Below, one piece after another: positions 38,527-43,005 of a DNA stretch of 43,005 nucleotides. The DNA is from Myxococcota bacterium (GTDB lineage Bacteria > Myxococcota > UBA4151): NCBI GenBank assembly GCA_040260805.1, contig JBDQPD010000017.1:1-43005 (forward strand). The letters are read 5' to 3'. The notes beneath the pieces are model-generated. The model saw only the letters and a list, made by a program, of their open reading frames with translations. It was not told where the DNA came from and did no database searches. The translations under genes were made by a program, and so were the position numbers. The stretch's first letter is position 1. Each line of letters starts with the position of its first letter.

Positions 38527-38618
38527 CTTTTGGAATCGATTGGAATTCCAAAACCCCTCAAGCATTACATCTCCGGTTACGACCCCTGAGTCCCTTCTGG
38601 ACAATAAAGGGGTCTATC

Positions 38619-38825
38619 ATGACCGACCCATCTCATTCTTCCCAACAACCTGGCGTTGATCGCCTAATTCGGCTCAAGGAACTGCTTACGCTCGTCCCGG
38701 TTTCAAAAACCGCCTGGTACGAGGGCGTAAAGACTGGGCGGTACCCAAAGCCTGTCAAGCTTGGACCACGCACCGTCGCCTGGCGGCTCTCAGAGATCCA
38801 GACTCTGATCGCAACGGGTGTATGA
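38619..38825 (+). CDS. alpA: AlpA family regulator/excisionase
   Basis: RLIRLKELL..VPVSKTAWYEGVKTGRYPKPVKLGPRTVAWR. Confidence 0.93.
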   Translation: MTDPSHSSQQPGVDRLIRLKELLTLVPVSKTAWYEGVKTGRYPKPVKLGPRTVAWRLSEIQTLIATGV

Positions 38826-39715
38826 TGTTAGCCGCCATCTGCGCAGAGCTTTCTGCACTCCCGAAAGAGCCGGGCAATAACAAGGGCTATGCGCTCTTTA
38901 GTGCCGCTCGACGATTGAGTGGTTCGCCTGCCTCAGTTGTGGAGGTCAAACTCTGCGGAATTACCGAGACTTGGCATGGTTGGTCACGAGCAAAGGCTCT
39001 CAGAACGATTCGTAGGGGGCATTCTCCAAGCAGCCGCTTTCAACAGCCCTTATCGAGCGGAGCTCCGGTAATAGACCCTCAAGTATTCGCGCAGATTTGG
39101 CAGCTAAGCGTGCCTATTCTACAAGACGCGTTCTGTTACGCCGCGCTGATCGATATGAAGCTCTCAAGCGATCCAACGCACGCCATTGATCAAATCGTGC
39201 AGCAAAATTTGGCGCGGGCACTTGAGCCAGGTGTGTCGTTGCCAAGCTGCGCGTCGTTCGGCGGGAAGGCGTGGCCGAGTATCGGGTATGCTCTTATCTT
39301 GCTGTTATGGGCTCCAAGGGGGCGCGTCGCAGGAATCCGCGCTCGCTACCTCGGCACACCAAAGCCCAATCGACCGAAATCCATCTCACCAAAGGGCGCA
39401 AAGCTGACCGGGCTCGTGATGATGAACGATGCAGCAAGGCGATGGTCCAAGCGACAATATGCGCCCCGAGAGATCGATATCGTCGAGGGCGAAAGTGACT
39501 TTTTGGCGCATGCAATCCGCCATCCAAACCGAGCGATCATTGGCGTGGTCAGCGGTAGCTGGACCGAAAAATGGACACGGCTTGTGCCGCGCTGTTGTGT
39601 GGTCAACATCCTAACCGATCTCGATCCAAGCGGAGACGCTTATGCACGCAAGATTCAAAGGAGTCTCGAGCGGGCTGGGGTGACCTGCCGCCGATGGGTG
39701 GGATACGATGACTGA
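38822..39715 (+). CDS. TOPRIM-domain primase-like protein
   Basis: IVEGESDFLA and ILTDLDPSGDAYARKI TOPRIM motifs; coupled to alpA and the helicase. Confidence 0.75.
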   Translation: MMLAAICAELSALPKEPGNNKGYALFSAARRLSGSPASVVEVKLCGITETWHGWSRAKALRTIRRGHSPSSRFQQPLSSGAPVIDPQVFAQIWQLSVPILQDAFCYAALIDMKLSSDPTHAIDQIVQQNLARALEPGVSLPSCASFGGKAWPSIGYALILLLWAPRGRVAGIRARYLGTPKPNRPKSISPKGAKLTGLVMMNDAARRWSKRQYAPREIDIVEGESDFLAHAIRHPNRAIIGVVSGSWTEKWTRLVPRCCVVNILTDLDPSGDAYARKIQRSLERAGVTCRRWVGYDD

Positions 39716-41123
39716 TGACATCAGAGCGGTTTACGCAGGTGGCGGTGAACTTCAAAACCTACATTTGGTGGAGCCAGAGGCGCTCGAGCCACCCCTGACG
39801 AGCAGCTCGTCTGTAGTGCTCGCAGACATCGCTATTTATCGAATCGCCGGCACCCTATCGAAGTTGGTTTATGACGAGGGGGGTCTTTGGCGCTTGGATG
39901 ATCAGCACCATATTTGGGAGGCTGTCGCAGATCACGTCATACGCCGTATCATCTACGGCTTTGATGGGGAGTACTACGGCGAAACAAAGCAACGCAAGAT
40001 CGCCATCAGCAGCAACAAGGCGAACGACATCCTCAAGGTCATTCAGGACAAGGCGCGCCGTGAAAAATTTTTTGAAGAAGCTCCGCCGGGCATCGCCTTG
40101 GGTTCAAAATTCTACAGTGTCGTTGATCGCAAGCTCGTGGCGTGCGAGCTCACAGCTGAGCATCGCCAGCGCTTTCGTCATGAGTTCGAGTTCGAACCCG
40201 GCGCGCGCCCCGCAAGGTACATTGATCAGCTGCTGACACCTTGCCTAGAGCTCGAGCCTGATCGCGATGAGTTGATTCAGTTGATCCAGGAGTTTGGTGG
40301 AGCCTGTCTGCTCGGCGTCGCTTTCCAGTATCAAAAGGCGTTGGTTCTGGTCGGCGATGGAGCGAACGGAAAGAGCACTTTACAGCAGGTCTTTGCCGGT
40401 ATGTTCCCACCCGGTTCGGTGACCTCGATCTCGCCTCATGATATGAGTAAACAGTTTCGGTTAGCCGGCCTCGTTGGTGCGCGACTGAACCTGGTAAGTG
40501 AGATGCCTCGCGACCGATTATTGAGCACCGAGGAACTCAAAAAGGCGATTGCTGGGGAGCAACTTACGGGCGAGCGGAAACACAAGCCACCGTTCAAGTT
40601 TACCTTTCGAGGAGGGATGCTTTTCTCCGCAAACGCGCTACCAGCTCACAGGGATACGACACACGGGTTTTGGCGCCGTTGGGCGATTATACCGTTTCGC
40701 AGGCGGTTCACACGTGACGAGCAGGTGCTCGACTTGGCGAATCACATACTCGAAGCGGAACTCCCGGCGATTGTCTCATGGCATCTTACCGGTGCGGCGA
40801 TTCTTGCAGATCGAGCGAGTGGTTATTGGATCCCTGGAACAAGCCACAAGCGTAGCTCCGAATGGCGCAAGGATGCGGACCAAGTAGTCGCCTTTATAAC
40901 CGACAAGTGTCGTGTCCTCGAACCAGGCAACGAGCAGGCATGGGCTGGCGCCCGTGACCTATATCAAGCTTATCAGTCATGGGCTGCCGAAACCGGACAC
41001 AGTCCGCTGAGTAGCACCAGCTTCGGTCGGCGGATCAAAGAGCTCCAAGAGGTCGAGCACTGCAGAAATTCGGCAAATACCATCATCTATTCGCTGGAAA
41101 TCAAGCCATCCTGGCAAAAATGA
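39708..41123 (+). CDS. P4/D5-family SF3 helicase (primase C-terminal type)
   Basis: GDGANGKST Walker A, LVGARLNLVSE, ERKHK.PF.F, GFWRR..IIPF, C-terminal winged helix (LYQAYQSWA.ETG). Confidence 0.92.
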   Translation: MTDDIRAVYAGGGELQNLHLVEPEALEPPLTSSSSVVLADIAIYRIAGTLSKLVYDEGGLWRLDDQHHIWEAVADHVIRRIIYGFDGEYYGETKQRKIAISSNKANDILKVIQDKARREKFFEEAPPGIALGSKFYSVVDRKLVACELTAEHRQRFRHEFEFEPGARPARYIDQLLTPCLELEPDRDELIQLIQEFGGACLLGVAFQYQKALVLVGDGANGKSTLQQVFAGMFPPGSVTSISPHDMSKQFRLAGLVGARLNLVSEMPRDRLLSTEELKKAIAGEQLTGERKHKPPFKFTFRGGMLFSANALPAHRDTTHGFWRRWAIIPFRRRFTRDEQVLDLANHILEAELPAIVSWHLTGAAILADRASGYWIPGTSHKRSSEWRKDADQVVAFITDKCRVLEPGNEQAWAGARDLYQAYQSWAAETGHSPLSSTSFGRRIKELQEVEHCRNSANTIIYSLEIKPSWQK

Positions 41124-41130
41124 GGTTCGA

Positions 41131-41290
41131 CCGGAGGGTTGGCGGAAGGTTGCCGGAACGTTGAGACTCCCCAAAACCTGCCTATTGATGGGGTTTCCGG
41201 AGAGTTGGAGGGTCTTATCTGTTTTCTCGAAAAGCGAAGAAAACTAAACAAGTAAAAGATATGGAACAGACCCTCCGGACTATCCGGAAG
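41131..41290. repeat. Putative satellite replication origin (iterons + AT-rich core)
   Basis: Three 11-bp tandem repeats (CCGGAGGGTTG/GCGGAAGGTTG/CCGGAACGTTG); imperfect inverted arms at 41195-41214 and 41269-41289 flank an A-rich spacer. Confidence 0.7.
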
Positions 41291-41371
41291 TCCCGAGTTG
41301 GCAAGTGATGTAGAGGTCCATAAGTTTTCCGACCCGCCGGTGTCGTCGGTAAATTGAGGCTTGGAGTTAGT

Positions 41372-41797
41372 TTAGTCTAACCAAAACGCGCAGAGATCTT
41401 CCAAACACTTGTCCGTGAGAAATGATCGCCCCTCTAAGTTTTGGGTACATCGCTGTCCGCGGGGACAAAATTGACCACATGAGCACCAACAGTTCTCGAG
41501 GTCGTTATGGATTGTCGTACCGGTGCAGCGATTGACGCACACAGTGCTGTGGACGACATCAATTCCTATCCTGGCGCAACTATATCCAACACTGTCCTCG
41601 CAGGCAGCGATGTTTTCGCCATCCTCTAGGCATCGGGTGAAAAGTTCATAGGCGCTTGGCTCAGCCGGATTGTTGTTATTGCTAGACCCCTGATTAGCCG
41701 GCGATTCATAACCTTCATTGTACGACGGCGGCTCACCGCAACTAGTGGTCAATACAGCCAGAACGACAGCCAAATAGGCAGTTCTCTCAAGACCCAA
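41372..41797 (-). CDS. Cys-rich lipoprotein (island cargo)
   Basis: GGAGGT RBS before TTG 41797 (ATG 41812 is an alternative); lipobox LTTSC; 12 further Cys. Confidence 0.7.
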   Translation of the reverse strand: MGLERTAYLAVVLAVLTTSCGEPPSYNEGYESPANQGSSNNNNPAEPSAYELFTRCLEDGENIAACEDSVGYSCARIGIDVVHSTVCVNRCTGTTIHNDLENCWCSCGQFCPRGQRCTQNLEGRSFLTDKCLEDLCAFWLD

Positions 41798-41830
41798 CTT
41801 TGATACCTCCATATCAACCACGCCGCTAAC

Positions 41831-42304
41831 TTGGCCGACCCGCCCGCTCAGGGCAAGCGTGTCGGCGGCGGCGGCAACATCATGGTGTCCAGCTCGACCT
41901 GTCTGGTGAAGGTCGATGTGGCGCGTAAGCAGCAACAAGCCGATTCGGCGAGCACGCCGGAGCCGCAGCTACCTGGCGCCGGTCCGACTCCCGTCGCCGA
42001 GCCGACAGCATCGACGGTCGATGGACCGACAGCGCCTACGCCTAGCACACCTGCTGCACCTCAAAAGCCAAACAGCTTCTCGGGATCTGTATCCCTAAGG
42101 GGCGACCGAGTGGGCCGTGATGCTGGCAGAGTAGCCGATGAAGTGCTCGGGCATTTAGTCGCATTGTCTGGTTCTAAGGTGACGGTGACCATGGAGATCA
42201 CAGTGGACGTCCCGGGAGGTATCGAGAACGACGTCGTGCGCATCGTCAGTGAGAACGCGAACTCCTTGAAGTTCAGCCATCACAGTTTTGAGCGGGAAGA
42301 GTAG
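41831..42304 (+). pseudogene. C-terminal remnant of a DUF499-family ATPase gene
   Basis: FSGSVSL...RVGRDAGRVADEVLGHL....VTVTMEI..DVP.G.....VRIVSENANSLKF...FE.E matches my recollection of DUF499 protein C-termini; the ATPase body is absent. Confidence 0.6.
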
Positions 42305-42503
42305 AGCAGGTGCTACGAATCGCTTGCCCTCACCTCTTGGTAGCGGATTTCGAGAGGTCACATCAAGCGCCAAGAGGCTGCGCTCAAACACCTGTTTTAG
42401 CTTCTAATTACAAACCCCGCCGACTTGAGTTAGCGCCGGAGTTGCGGCGCAATACCGAGGACCGACAACCCTGCCGATCGACACCGTAATCAGGAGACAA
42501 CGC

Positions 42504-42902
42504 GTGCCCCGCCCAACCAAGCTCACGAGAAAGCGGCTTGAGGCGATCTGCGCCACGCTCAGCACGGGCGGCACACGCAAGGCCGCTGCTGCGGTCGCTG
42601 GAGTGGGTGAGTCCACATTTTATGACTGGATGCGCGCTGGTGCGAACGACGAGGGCTCGAATTTGGCGCGGCAATTGGTGGTCGTTGTTGAAGCCGCCGA
42701 AGGCGAAGCCGAGTTGCGCGCCGCCACCACCATCAACGAGGCGATCGACAAGGGCGACTGGAAGGCTGCAGCGTGGTGGCTCGAGCGGCGGCGGCGCCAG
42801 GAATGGGGACGACCTCAGCCGATCCCCGTAGCTCAACCGGAGCAGGAGAAGACACCACAGACCTTTGCTGAGCTGGTGCGGATGGCGTCTCAATCAGACT
42901 GA
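42504..42902 (+). CDS. HTH protein, terminase small subunit-like
   Basis: RPTKLT...AA..AGV..STFYDWM..G HTH plus DWKAAAWWLERR...EWG, a pattern seen in phage TerS-like proteins; AGGAGA RBS. Confidence 0.65.
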   Translation: MPRPTKLTRKRLEAICATLSTGGTRKAAAAVAGVGESTFYDWMRAGANDEGSNLARQLVVVVEAAEGEAELRAATTINEAIDKGDWKAAAWWLERRRRQEWGRPQPIPVAQPEQEKTPQTFAELVRMASQSD

Positions 42903-43005
42903 AAATTGGCTTACAGGTTAGACCGTCTCGACCGATTCACCAAACCAACAAGCCAACGTCTGCGATCGAAATCTTTCGAGTCAACGCGAGCCGTTTGGCT
43001 AGAAA

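Larger units (their letters stand above)
36546..43005 (+). mobile_element. PICI/P4-like phage satellite island integrated at tRNA-Leu(TAA); right end outside window
   Basis: Gene order tRNA-int-hypothetical-alpA-primase-SF3 helicase-ori-cargo-terS-like; no capsid or tail genes visible. Confidence 0.8.

Noticed and set aside
41131..41163. Tandem repeats as a CRISPR array
   Set aside because: 11-bp units with no spacers and no cas genes; they fit origin iterons.
42968..42982. AAATCTTTCGAGTC as a possible attR copy of the tRNA
   Set aside because: Only an 8-bp match (TTCGAGTC) that does not extend to the tRNA 3' end; likely chance.

Overview
GC-rich bacterial chromosome segment, most likely from a Myxococcota-like deltaproteobacterium. 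That host call is an inference from the myxobacterial-style T3SS export genes, the FHA-TPR protein, the DCxxxDP..PGAxD..DxxDQDC repeats and a Myxococcus-type LexA box. In order, the window holds: (1) the 3' part of a giant Ig-repeat surface protein (1-5541); (2) a compact type III export operon, sctP/fliK-like, sctQ, fliO-like, sctR, sctS, sctT, with no sctU (5580-9938); (3) an unannotated 42-aa acidic small ORF and a LexA-box-containing intergenic region, divergent from ftsE-ftsX-envC-S41 protease; (4) an FHA-TPR protein, then ddl-xseA-xseB-dxs and two lipoproteins; (5) a ~14 kb minus-strand operon led by RNase R, encoding a flippase, four glycosyltransferases, two Thr-type sulfatase-like membrane enzymes and a methyltransferase; (6) two tRNA-Leu genes; (7) a PICI/P4-like phage satellite at tRNA-Leu(TAA) with integrase, AlpA, TOPRIM primase, SF3 helicase, iteron origin, cargo and a TerS-like gene, which runs off the window end. 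All family assignments come from reading motifs by eye; no searches were run.
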